Assembly: GCA_947627355.1 (NCBI GenBank)
Contig: CANQVX010000007.1
Coordinates: forward strand, 14,952 to 78,951
Source: an uncultured Bacilli bacterium
GTDB taxonomy: Bacteria; Bacillota_I; Bacilli_A; RFN20; CAG-631
Length of the DNA: 64,000 nt
Direction: 5' to 3'
Position 1 is the stretch's first letter. Every line of letters starts with the position of its first letter. Below are positions 50,201 through 57,503 of the stretch, in pieces. A program made the translations under genes and the position numbers. The notes below the pieces were generated by a model. That model had not been told where the DNA came from, made no database searches, and was given only the letters and a program-made list of their open reading frames with translations.

Positions 50201-53022
50201 ACACAACATTTGACTGGAAGATTACTGATTGGCAATTTGCGGCTGTTTTAATCAAAATAAACAAGCAAAAAACACTTTATAGATTTTGTGTTTATGTAGA
50301 TTTTAGTTCAAATACAGGTACTGCAATTTTTGATAATTTTGCACTTTGTGAAGCAAATGGTTCATATCAAGAAATAAACAGCGATGAAACTATAAATTAT
50401 AAAACCAATTTTGAAAGTGAAACATATTATAATAAATATGATGGATACAACCCAACCGAAAGCGTTTTTGTCGATAAAAACGGCTATAAATTAACAACAT
50501 ATTATACATATGATTTTTATAATCGCTTACTTCGTACAGAAACTAGTGAAGGAATAATAACAGCATATAAGTATGAAGAAAATGAAACGATACAAGAAAC
50601 ATATCATAAAGATGATCCAACAAACAAATTGATTCATCATGAAATTGTCGATGAAAACGGACGTTTACTAGAAGAGTTTGATAGCAAAGAAAATCAATCA
50701 ACCAAATATAATTATGTTAGTCCAATTAGTTCTTTGATTGATTTAATAGAAAATGGGGTTCAAAAAATCTATTATGGATATGATAATAGAACCGATGAAA
50801 TGGTAAGTCAAAGTCAAACAATTCATCAACAAGACGCCACATTAAGATATCATTACACAGATGGATTAGTAACAAGAATTGATAATGATTTTGATGTGAC
50901 AGTTAAATATGCATACGATAATAAAAAAAGATTGAAAAAAGCAATTGTTAATGAATTAATATTAGAAGATATTGAAACAAACGAAAATGTAACATTTACA
51001 ATCGATGGCAAACAATTTACAGGTGATGAAGTAAATACATTTTATGATTTGTTTTATGTAAGCAAAAAATATAATGATAAGAATCAAATTTTATCAGTTT
51101 CTGAGGGAAAGAAAAATTTTACACCTGTAGAAACAGTATTAACTTATAGTTACGATGAAAAAGATAGACTTGTAGCAATTAATGATAAAGTAAATGAAGA
51201 AAACAGTTATAGTTTTACATATAATAATAATGATTTATTAAGTGGTTTTGCTACAGATAAAGTGACTGGTTCAATCTTTTATAATACAAGGAACCAAATA
51301 TCTAAAGAGGTATATTCTTTTGATAATTCAGATAGTTTTAGTTATAGTTACGAATATGATGAAGCAAATCCATATCAATGTAATTATATATATACTCATT
51401 TAGATAAAAGTGCTAAAACAATCTTTAATTATGATTTACTATCTAGAGTAAAAAGTAAAGCAATCAATATATTAGATATGAATAGAACAATATATGAAGA
51501 ATACTATTCATATTGTAAAGATAATAACCAAACCAACATGCAAATAGCTAAGATAAATTATGTAGTCTATAATGCAATGGATGATTGTTTTGAATATAAA
51601 TATGATAGCAACCATAGAATTGTTGGAATAATGAAAAATGGTCTAGTTATAAACGAATACGAATATGATATTTTAAATAGATTAAGTGTTGAAAAAGATT
51701 ATAATAATCAAACAAAAATTAGATATCAATATGATATAGTAGGTAACATTTTAAAAAAATTCTATTATGATTTAAAGACAAATGAACTTGTTAAGACTGA
51801 TACATATACTTATACAAAAGGAACATTTGGTTTAAAATTATCAAAATTTAATGGAACAAATGTAAAAACATTTACACTAAATGATAAAAAACAATTGACA
51901 GAATATGATGGAACAACATTTACATATAATACTAGAGGATTAAGAATTAACAAAAATAATGCTAAGTATTATTATGATCATAACAATAGACTATTTAAAG
52001 AAGAAAATGGAACTAATACAATTTATTATTTCTATATCAACAATCAAGTTCAATATCTAAAAGTAAATGATACACAATACATATTAAGAAGAAACATATT
52101 CAATGATGTAACTCACATTTATAATTTTGAAGGTAAACTAGTAGCATATTATGAATATGATTCTTGGGGCAATCATAAAGTATACGACGAAACAGGAAAA
52201 GTTAATGAAAATGCCGATTTTATCGGAAATATTAATCCAATCAGATATCGTGGATATTACTATGATGTAGAAACCAAACTTTATTATTGTAATGCTAGAT
52301 ATTATAATCCTGAACATGGAAGATGGATAAGCGAAGATTCAATCGATTATTTGAATCTTGCCACTATTAACGGATTAAATTTCTATTCATATTGTAATAA
52401 CAACCCTATAATGTATGTTGATCCAAGTGGACATATTATAGGATTAATTATTGGATTACTTGCTGGTGCATTTATTGTAGGCTCTGCCACAAGTGCTATA
52501 AGCCAGGGTGTTACTTATGGTTGGGATAATATTGACATCTTGCAAGTTTTTACTGATGGATTATTTGCACTAGGTTCTACTGCATTAGCCATGACAGGAA
52601 TTGGTTCAATAGGATCTGCAATTATAGGAGCAGGAATGGGTTTTGCACAATATGCAATCGGCGCATCACGCCACGGAGAAGATATAACATTGCTTGGTTC
52701 ATTAACATCAATTGGTCTAGGTGCTATCGGTGGTGCTATAAGTGGTGCTGGTGCAAGAAACAATACAAGTATCATTAAAAATATGAAATTAACTGGTAGT
52801 GGAGCCAGCGCAGTTAAAGCAATTACAACTGCAACTAATAGATATTTCGCCGGAGAGATTTCAATGAGAGGTCTCCAAGCAACAACAAATCTATGGGGGA
52901 ATGCAGCATTAAATGCTGTACAAAACGCAATAGCACCTGCAATTGCTAGAGGAATGATTTGGGGAACTGGAAAAGTTCTACTTTGTACAATTGGTTCTAC
53001 AATACTAAATAATATATTCTAA
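47206..53022 (+). CDS. RHS/YD-repeat polymorphic toxin (1938 aa)
   Basis: many YD repeats (YEYD, RYQYDIVGN, YDxxxR), RHS core YYCNARYYNPEHGRWISEDSIDY ending DPSGH, then variable C-terminal domain; RBS GAGGTGA. Confidence 0.85.
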   Translation: MEENNILEGIDLSNEILNKRTNNSKFYLQPDGAVVMISDLCDDDIMLTSTNSDTEITSFESTGTTVTLQEQEVKFGKDKTTNQFYRAYFQFYNYSFLSKDVTSATLTLHINNTKYATALYYSIYPIKSRIFAGDRLPEYDESSPLVEKQYPSSATLTLNVQKIIANDYWGIVIKSSEDSSVPGTGTFYGSKNSSSSNRPQLIVKYYDSISVSNSENVGTITLNDKSFANIKNISGYKEFKHLCLSLGGIDLYHIYNDIIGRYSSVNSKKATQEYRFGVGAKCNFHMNLFNENRLNNQISDSTITLIDDNDSYMPFNKKYYYVKNGKRIFVNENEIKEKNFKYIYVDSDGIEYDITISYFDFLGREIRVDKSKAAMFEALVNNKYNLTYYVKDIKGNVVDIEYDIQTNTATYKMAQLEEYNGNVFVVDNDFITIENGVKVYHKNGFNIKVQNDSYLQKVSVIKQNDNLYLHSNYVMYDMYGNPTWASYKKQIYEKINMNGIDFSNVSIPEELYYLRQELDQLEETKENIQKQIEQYTEYLTYSDAKIKEKMLQIQQELLLYEIKDNTNKQIEENADNFIKVYESMPEDKLWHILWRQSAQAKYEEYVRRNLTIEYQNLQYYLNELNMSSIPREENHIKKTIEEYESDLDNVEKEIENTRANIIELVEQEKRKPIDCLLLNGTEIWFDFFGKMVQIKRIKQEININYDRDDYLINITNQNNEKLFDFEYENGFVTKITDATGKYVTLEYDSSDRIQQITHDNGEYVKYGYYDFGLHNVYDNCGRNLALATGSVVTSCSFNSKISEINDEGIVTDTQEILYYYETIATANKHWRIIRDDNDIYIHTYDNYCNLVGVFESNNTIPSEKIQVGKEPSYRFYGTDKKYDVYLNYKANLLQNGSFEDGLSNWILSNSNNQITKDAYVDGSNAINLSLGYMYQNVPIENVKDYNYLVFGGYALAKSAPVRMNQRQIDESLNNQISSGTKFELRAQLEYNDGSTEVFNTTFDWKITDWQFAAVLIKINKQKTLYRFCVYVDFSSNTGTAIFDNFALCEANGSYQEINSDETINYKTNFESETYYNKYDGYNPTESVFVDKNGYKLTTYYTYDFYNRLLRTETSEGIITAYKYEENETIQETYHKDDPTNKLIHHEIVDENGRLLEEFDSKENQSTKYNYVSPISSLIDLIENGVQKIYYGYDNRTDEMVSQSQTIHQQDATLRYHYTDGLVTRIDNDFDVTVKYAYDNKKRLKKAIVNELILEDIETNENVTFTIDGKQFTGDEVNTFYDLFYVSKKYNDKNQILSVSEGKKNFTPVETVLTYSYDEKDRLVAINDKVNEENSYSFTYNNNDLLSGFATDKVTGSIFYNTRNQISKEVYSFDNSDSFSYSYEYDEANPYQCNYIYTHLDKSAKTIFNYDLLSRVKSKAINILDMNRTIYEEYYSYCKDNNQTNMQIAKINYVVYNAMDDCFEYKYDSNHRIVGIMKNGLVINEYEYDILNRLSVEKDYNNQTKIRYQYDIVGNILKKFYYDLKTNELVKTDTYTYTKGTFGLKLSKFNGTNVKTFTLNDKKQLTEYDGTTFTYNTRGLRINKNNAKYYYDHNNRLFKEENGTNTIYYFYINNQVQYLKVNDTQYILRRNIFNDVTHIYNFEGKLVAYYEYDSWGNHKVYDETGKVNENADFIGNINPIRYRGYYYDVETKLYYCNARYYNPEHGRWISEDSIDYLNLATINGLNFYSYCNNNPIMYVDPSGHIIGLIIGLLAGAFIVGSATSAISQGVTYGWDNIDILQVFTDGLFALGSTALAMTGIGSIGSAIIGAGMGFAQYAIGASRHGEDITLLGSLTSIGLGAIGGAISGAGARNNTSIIKNMKLTGSGASAVKAITTATNRYFAGEISMRGLQATTNLWGNAALNAVQNAIAPAIARGMIWGTGKVLLCTIGSTILNNIF
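52435..53022 (+). other. C-terminal toxin domain of RHS protein: Gly/Ala-rich glycine-zipper hydrophobic domain (predicted membrane-inserting)
   Basis: about 195 aa after DPSGH: repeated GxxxG/AxxxG (IIGLIIGLLAGAFIVG, GIGSIGSAIIGAGMG, GLGAIGGAISGAG). Confidence 0.55.
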
Positions 53023-53048
53023 ACACTTTTTAAGGAGGCATAGTTACT

Positions 53049-53444
53049 ATGAAAAGTACAGACATTATTGATTTTTATCTTATACAACTAGTTATATTAA
53101 TGTTATGCTTCTCAAATTTGATACTAGGAGGATCCTCTGATAAATATTTATCTGATTATACATTAAAAAAACTATCAGTTCCCAAAAAATCATTTTTAAG
53201 GAAACTAGTAATATTTAAAGAAAATAGATTTACAGTTCCTGATTCATTCTTATATATAAGAGTAATACCATACTTAATAGAATGGTTGTTTATTATTATA
53301 GGTACAATATTGATATTAATTAATCAATTTGTAGTTTACTTTATTCCAAGTTCTGCTTTTCTTATTTTTGGTTATTGTAATTTAGGTTTATATTTTGCTT
53401 ATGAAATATTATTAATGTTTTTAGGATATGGCATCCATTATTAA
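53049..53444 (+). CDS. candidate immunity protein (small multi-TM protein) for the RHS C-terminal toxin
   Basis: 131 aa, 3-4 TM helices, 26 nt downstream of toxin stop with RBS AAGGAGG. Confidence 0.5.
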   Translation: MKSTDIIDFYLIQLVILMLCFSNLILGGSSDKYLSDYTLKKLSVPKKSFLRKLVIFKENRFTVPDSFLYIRVIPYLIEWLFIIIGTILILINQFVVYFIPSSAFLIFGYCNLGLYFAYEILLMFLGYGIHY

Positions 53445-53460
53445 ATCTTTATAAATACAA

Positions 53461-53511
53461 AAAGTGAAATCAAATATGAGTAATTAGTTTCATATTAATT
53501 GATTTCACTTT
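53461..53511. terminator. nested-hairpin bidirectional terminator
   Basis: perfect 13-bp arms AAAGTGAAATCAA / TTGATTTCACTTT enclosing a second 6-bp stem ATATGA/TCATAT. Confidence 0.55.
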
Positions 53512-53515
53512 TAAT

Positions 53516-53974
53516 TTATTTAATGTATTTTATTTGGTAGTGCTTGCACCATTCTATAGCTATTTCTTCATATTTCATTTCTTGAAACTTATACCATTTA
53601 TCAATGATATGGTTATAGATACAAATGTTTTTAAATCTTCTAAAGGCACCTTTACCTTTAATTGCTATAAATAATTTACTTGCTAGATTTTTATCTTTTA
53701 TGGTATCTATAAATTCTCCCATCATATGATAAGGATTTATATCATATCTGGTTGGTAAACAAATATAATTATTGGCATCATCTAATATATCAGAATGTGA
53801 ATCAGCCATTTCATTTGTATATATTAACTTATAGGTATCAGGATCTAAATAATATGTAAAATACATATCACCAGCAACAATTGATATAGCATCTATTATG
53901 TCTGATAATTTTAATTCTTTCATAATGTTTTCCATTCTTACTTTTACAAATCTATTATAACTTTTAATAAACAA
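53516..53974 (-). CDS. hypothetical cytoplasmic protein (possible orphan immunity/accessory protein)
   Basis: 152 aa, no TM, convergent on RHS locus. Confidence 0.4.
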   Translation of the reverse strand: MFIKSYNRFVKVRMENIMKELKLSDIIDAISIVAGDMYFTYYLDPDTYKLIYTNEMADSHSDILDDANNYICLPTRYDINPYHMMGEFIDTIKDKNLASKLFIAIKGKGAFRRFKNICIYNHIIDKWYKFQEMKYEEIAIEWCKHYQIKYIK

Positions 53975-54030
53975 TTAGTAAATATTTTGCATTTTATAAT
54001 TATTTTTACTATAATTTTGTTGGTGAAAAT

Positions 54031-55362
54031 ATGAATAAAGAAATCGAAATAACAATTGATCATTTAACTAAAGATGGAGTAGGTGTTAGCCGCCTTGAAA
54101 ATGGCAAGAATTTATATGTTGCCAATTGTTTTAGTAATGAAAAATTGTTAGTTACAATAGATTATGAAGGTAAAAAACAAGTCTATGGTCATATTAAAAA
54201 AGTATTAGTTTCTAATCCAAGTAGAGTTAATCCTAAATGTGATGTTTATTATAGTTGTGGCGGTTGTCATTTATCTTTTATGAGTTATGATGCTCAACTT
54301 AAATTCAAACAAGAAATAGTTAAAAAGATTTATGAAAAAGCAGGCTTTAATAACATTATAGTTCATGAAACTATAGGCATGGATTATCCTTATGAATATC
54401 GTAATAAAGTACAAACTCCAGTTAAACTAAAAAAAGGTAAGATTGTTGCTGGTTTTTATAAAGAAAATAGTCATGATGTGGTACCTTTTAACTTTTGTTA
54501 TGTTCAATCAAAACAAAGTAATGAAATCATTAAAAAAGTATTGCTTGCTATGAATGAAAATAAAATACCACCATATGATGAAGATAAAAAGACTGGTGTT
54601 ATTCGTCATCTTTTAATTAGAGAAAGTGATACTGAAACTATGTTAGTATTAGTAACCTATAAAGATTCATTCCCAGGTCGTAAAAACTTTGTTAATTCAA
54701 TTAGAAAATATTTACCAAATCTAACAACCATTGTTCAAAATGTTAATACTAGACATACTAATGTAATCTTAGGTGAAAAAGAAAACATCTTATATGGTAA
54801 GGGTTATATTGTTGATACCTTATTAGGATATACCTATAAAATATCACCTAAATCATTCTATCAAATAAATAAAATACAAACTCAAAAGTTATATCAAAAA
54901 GCAATAGAACTAGCAAGTCTTAGTAAAGATGATGTTATCTTAGATGCTTATTGTGGAATTGGTACAATAGGACTTAGTGCTGCTAAATATGTAAAACAAG
55001 TTGTTGGTGTTGAAATAGTAAAAGATGCTATCAAAGATGCTAAAATGAATGCTAAAAATAATCATCTAGATAATTGTATGTTTTATTGTGAAGATGCTTC
55101 TAAGTTTATGTGTGATAACCTTAATAAATTTGATGTAGTATTTGTAGATCCTCCTAGAAAAGGTTGTGATTTACCATTTCTAGAAGCCTTAATAAAACAA
55201 AAACCAAAAAGAATTGTTTATATATCATGTAATCCTGAAACACAAGCTAGTAATCTATCATATCTAGTAGAGCATGGTTATACCTTTAAGGATATCTATC
55301 CATTTGATATGTTTCCTCAAAGTTATCATGTTGAAAGTATTTGTGTGTTAAAAAGAAAATAA
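54031..55362 (+). CDS. rlmD: 23S rRNA (uracil-C5)-methyltransferase RlmD/RumA family
   Basis: N-terminal TRAM, Fe-S cysteines CDVYYSCGGCHL, SAM MTase with VFVDPPRKGC. Confidence 0.85.
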   Translation: MNKEIEITIDHLTKDGVGVSRLENGKNLYVANCFSNEKLLVTIDYEGKKQVYGHIKKVLVSNPSRVNPKCDVYYSCGGCHLSFMSYDAQLKFKQEIVKKIYEKAGFNNIIVHETIGMDYPYEYRNKVQTPVKLKKGKIVAGFYKENSHDVVPFNFCYVQSKQSNEIIKKVLLAMNENKIPPYDEDKKTGVIRHLLIRESDTETMLVLVTYKDSFPGRKNFVNSIRKYLPNLTTIVQNVNTRHTNVILGEKENILYGKGYIVDTLLGYTYKISPKSFYQINKIQTQKLYQKAIELASLSKDDVILDAYCGIGTIGLSAAKYVKQVVGVEIVKDAIKDAKMNAKNNHLDNCMFYCEDASKFMCDNLNKFDVVFVDPPRKGCDLPFLEALIKQKPKRIVYISCNPETQASNLSYLVEHGYTFKDIYPFDMFPQSYHVESICVLKRK

Positions 55363-55398
55363 ATAAATTGTCGGTCAAATCGGATAAAACTAGTTGGT

Positions 55399-55427
55399 GT
55401 TCATCTATTTTAAGATGAACATTTTTT
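55399..55427 (+). terminator. rho-independent terminator after rlmD
   Basis: GTTCATCT-attta-AGATGAAC + T6. Confidence 0.7.
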
Positions 55428-55488
55428 ATTTATGATGCCACTATATAGTTTTAAAAAAGTATCAAAAAAATATTATTTGTGTTTCATT

Positions 55489-55518
55489 TGATTGATATTA
55501 TCGATTAAATGCTATAAA
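55489..55518 (+). promoter_or_regulatory. promoter of defence operon (TTGATT-18-TGcTATAAA extended -10)
   Basis: read directly; followed by tandem GTAAAAGAC GTAAAAAAC at 55521-55538 and RBS AAAGGAGA. Confidence 0.45.
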
Positions 55519-55553
55519 ATGTAAAAGACGTAAAAAACGCAAAGGAGAAACAT

Positions 55554-55754
55554 ATGACATTAGTAGAACAATTACTCTATGTTAGAGTGCAATTAAATTT
55601 GACTCAAATGGAATTAGCAAAAAAATTGAATGTTTCTTTTGCTACCATTTCAAGATGGGAAAATAATAAAGCAAAACCAACAAAAAAAGCTTTATTAACA
55701 TTTAAGAATTTTTGTAAGAAAAATAATATAGTTTTTGATTGTGAGGACTTATAA
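55554..55754 (+). CDS. XRE-family HTH protein, likely R-M controller (C) protein
   Basis: 66 aa; LNLTQMELAKKLNVSFATISRWEN helix-turn-helix; first gene of overlapping operon containing a DNA MTase. Confidence 0.65.
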   Translation: MTLVEQLLYVRVQLNLTQMELAKKLNVSFATISRWENNKAKPTKKALLTFKNFCKKNNIVFDCEDL

Positions 55755-55755
55755 T

Positions 55756-56277
55756 ATGAAGAAATATGAATGTATGATGAATCATAAAGAATTACTCTTA
55801 ACTTTTGAAAAAACGTTGGTTTCTTCTGGTATTTTAATTAATAGTATTGAAAAGTGTGAAGATAGTATAAAAAATTTTTATCAAGTAAAAATAATTTTCA
55901 AAAACAAACAACTAAATTTGTTTGTTGATTTAAGAAATATTAGTTCGGCATATTTGCCAAACAAACCATATATTTTAAGAAGGCAAGTAGGAAAATTAGA
56001 GTTCGACGCTATACCAATTAACGATGAAAATAGTTTATCCATGCTAATTGGTATTACTTGTATTGATGATAAAATTATTTTAGTATGTTGGAATCCTTTT
56101 TATTTTATAGGACATAGCACAAATCGTTCGTGTTACGTTTTAGAAAGCAGTTTAGAAGAAGCAAAACAATTTGGATTATATGATGGTAATGATTGTAGAA
56201 CACCTGTTTTAGTTTGCCTAGATTCTTGTTTTGACAAAATGTTAGATATTTATGTGGAAAGAAATGTGGTGGATTAA
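55756..56277 (+). CDS. hypothetical 173-aa protein, candidate small type II restriction endonuclease (PD...DxK-like arrangement FDAIP...IDDK)
   Basis: position between C protein and MTase; GTGAGGA RBS; no family recognised by eye. Confidence 0.35.
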   Translation: MKKYECMMNHKELLLTFEKTLVSSGILINSIEKCEDSIKNFYQVKIIFKNKQLNLFVDLRNISSAYLPNKPYILRRQVGKLEFDAIPINDENSLSMLIGITCIDDKIILVCWNPFYFIGHSTNRSCYVLESSLEEAKQFGLYDGNDCRTPVLVCLDSCFDKMLDIYVERNVVD

Positions 56278-56278
56278 C

Positions 56279-57502
56279 ATGGGCGTTTTAAAGAAAAATT
56301 TTACATATATAGATTTGTTTGCTGGAATTGGTGGATTTAGACTTGCAATGGAAAATTATTCTAGTAAGTCCAAATGTTTATTTGCATCTGAAATTGATGA
56401 GGCTGCTGTAAAGACATATGAGTTGAATTTTGGTCAAAAGCCTTTAGGAGATATTAGAAAAATTAATCCCAAAGATTTAAATATTCCAGCACCCGATGTT
56501 ATATGTGGTGGTTTTCCTTGTCAAACTTTTTCGAAAGGTGGAAATCAAGCCGGGTTTAAAGATTCAAGAGGAACTTTGTTTAGGGAGATCATTAGAATAA
56601 TAGAATCTTATGATTTTAACGAAAGACCTAAAATATTAATTTTAGAAAATGTTCAAAATTTAATTAATCATGATAAAGGAAACACTTGGAAAACAATACA
56701 TTATGAAATTACTAATGTAGGATATAATGTTATTGAAAAACCGTTAGTTGTATCTCCTAAAGATGTTGGTGTACCACAATTAAGAAATCGAGCCATTATT
56801 TTAGCTGTAAGGAAAGATATTTATGATGGTCCTATTGATTTAAAAATTGAAAAGAAAAGAGTTAATTGTTCTAAAATAATAGATATTATTGATAAAGATA
56901 TTGATGATAATTTATTAAAAACTCATTCTTTATCGGATGAACAAATTGAAATTTTAGATTGTTGGGATGAGTTTCTTAATATTATTCCGCAAAAAGAAAG
57001 AGTTATCGGTTTTCCAATTTGGAGCGATGAGTTTGGGAAAAAATATCCATTAGGTGGTTTGCCAGAATGGAAACAAAGAATCATTTTAAAAAACAGGGAA
57101 TTGTATTTAAAGCATAAATCAGAAATTGATTTGTGGTTAAAAAAATGGAATGTAAGAAAAACACTTACACCAACAAATAGAAAATTTGAGTGGCAAGCCG
57201 GAATTAGTATGGATAGTGTATATGATGGTATTATTCAATTTAGGACAAGTGGCGTTAGAGTTAAAAAACCAACAGAGAGCCCTGCTCTTGTTGCCATGGA
57301 TCATAGACCAATATATGGTCCGGAAAAAAGATATATCGTTCCAGTTGAGGGATTAAGATTACAAAGTTTTCCGGATAATTATCAATTTAACGAAAATGAA
57401 AAACAAATATTTAAACAATTGGGTAATGCCGTAAATGTTAAAGTTATTGAGTGTATGTTTAGATTATTTGTTGAATATATCGACGAGAAACGAGGAAAGT
57501 AG
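56279..57502 (+). CDS. dcm: DNA (cytosine-5)-methyltransferase
   Basis: motif I FAGIGGF, motif IV GGFPCQTFS, motif VI LILENVQNL, motif VIII QLRNR; ATG 56279 two nt after upstream TAA. Confidence 0.9.
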   Translation: MGVLKKNFTYIDLFAGIGGFRLAMENYSSKSKCLFASEIDEAAVKTYELNFGQKPLGDIRKINPKDLNIPAPDVICGGFPCQTFSKGGNQAGFKDSRGTLFREIIRIIESYDFNERPKILILENVQNLINHDKGNTWKTIHYEITNVGYNVIEKPLVVSPKDVGVPQLRNRAIILAVRKDIYDGPIDLKIEKKRVNCSKIIDIIDKDIDDNLLKTHSLSDEQIEILDCWDEFLNIIPQKERVIGFPIWSDEFGKKYPLGGLPEWKQRIILKNRELYLKHKSEIDLWLKKWNVRKTLTPTNRKFEWQAGISMDSVYDGIIQFRTSGVRVKKPTESPALVAMDHRPIYGPEKRYIVPVEGLRLQSFPDNYQFNENEKQIFKQLGNAVNVKVIECMFRLFVEYIDEKRGK

Positions 57503-57503
57503 T

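Noticed and set aside
52515-52775. Minus-strand 86-aa ORF (Pro/Ala/Ile-rich)
   Set aside because: Mirror-image reading of the Gly/Ala-rich glycine-zipper coding region of the RHS C-terminal domain; a low-complexity artefact.
56279-57502. Possibility that the C5-MTase is a solitary Dcm with a Vsr partner
   Set aside because: No Vsr-like ORF is present: the flanking small ORF lacks the Vsr motifs. The MTase is translationally coupled to a C protein upstream and to GHKL/Z1/PD-(D/E)xK genes downstream, which fits a restriction system.
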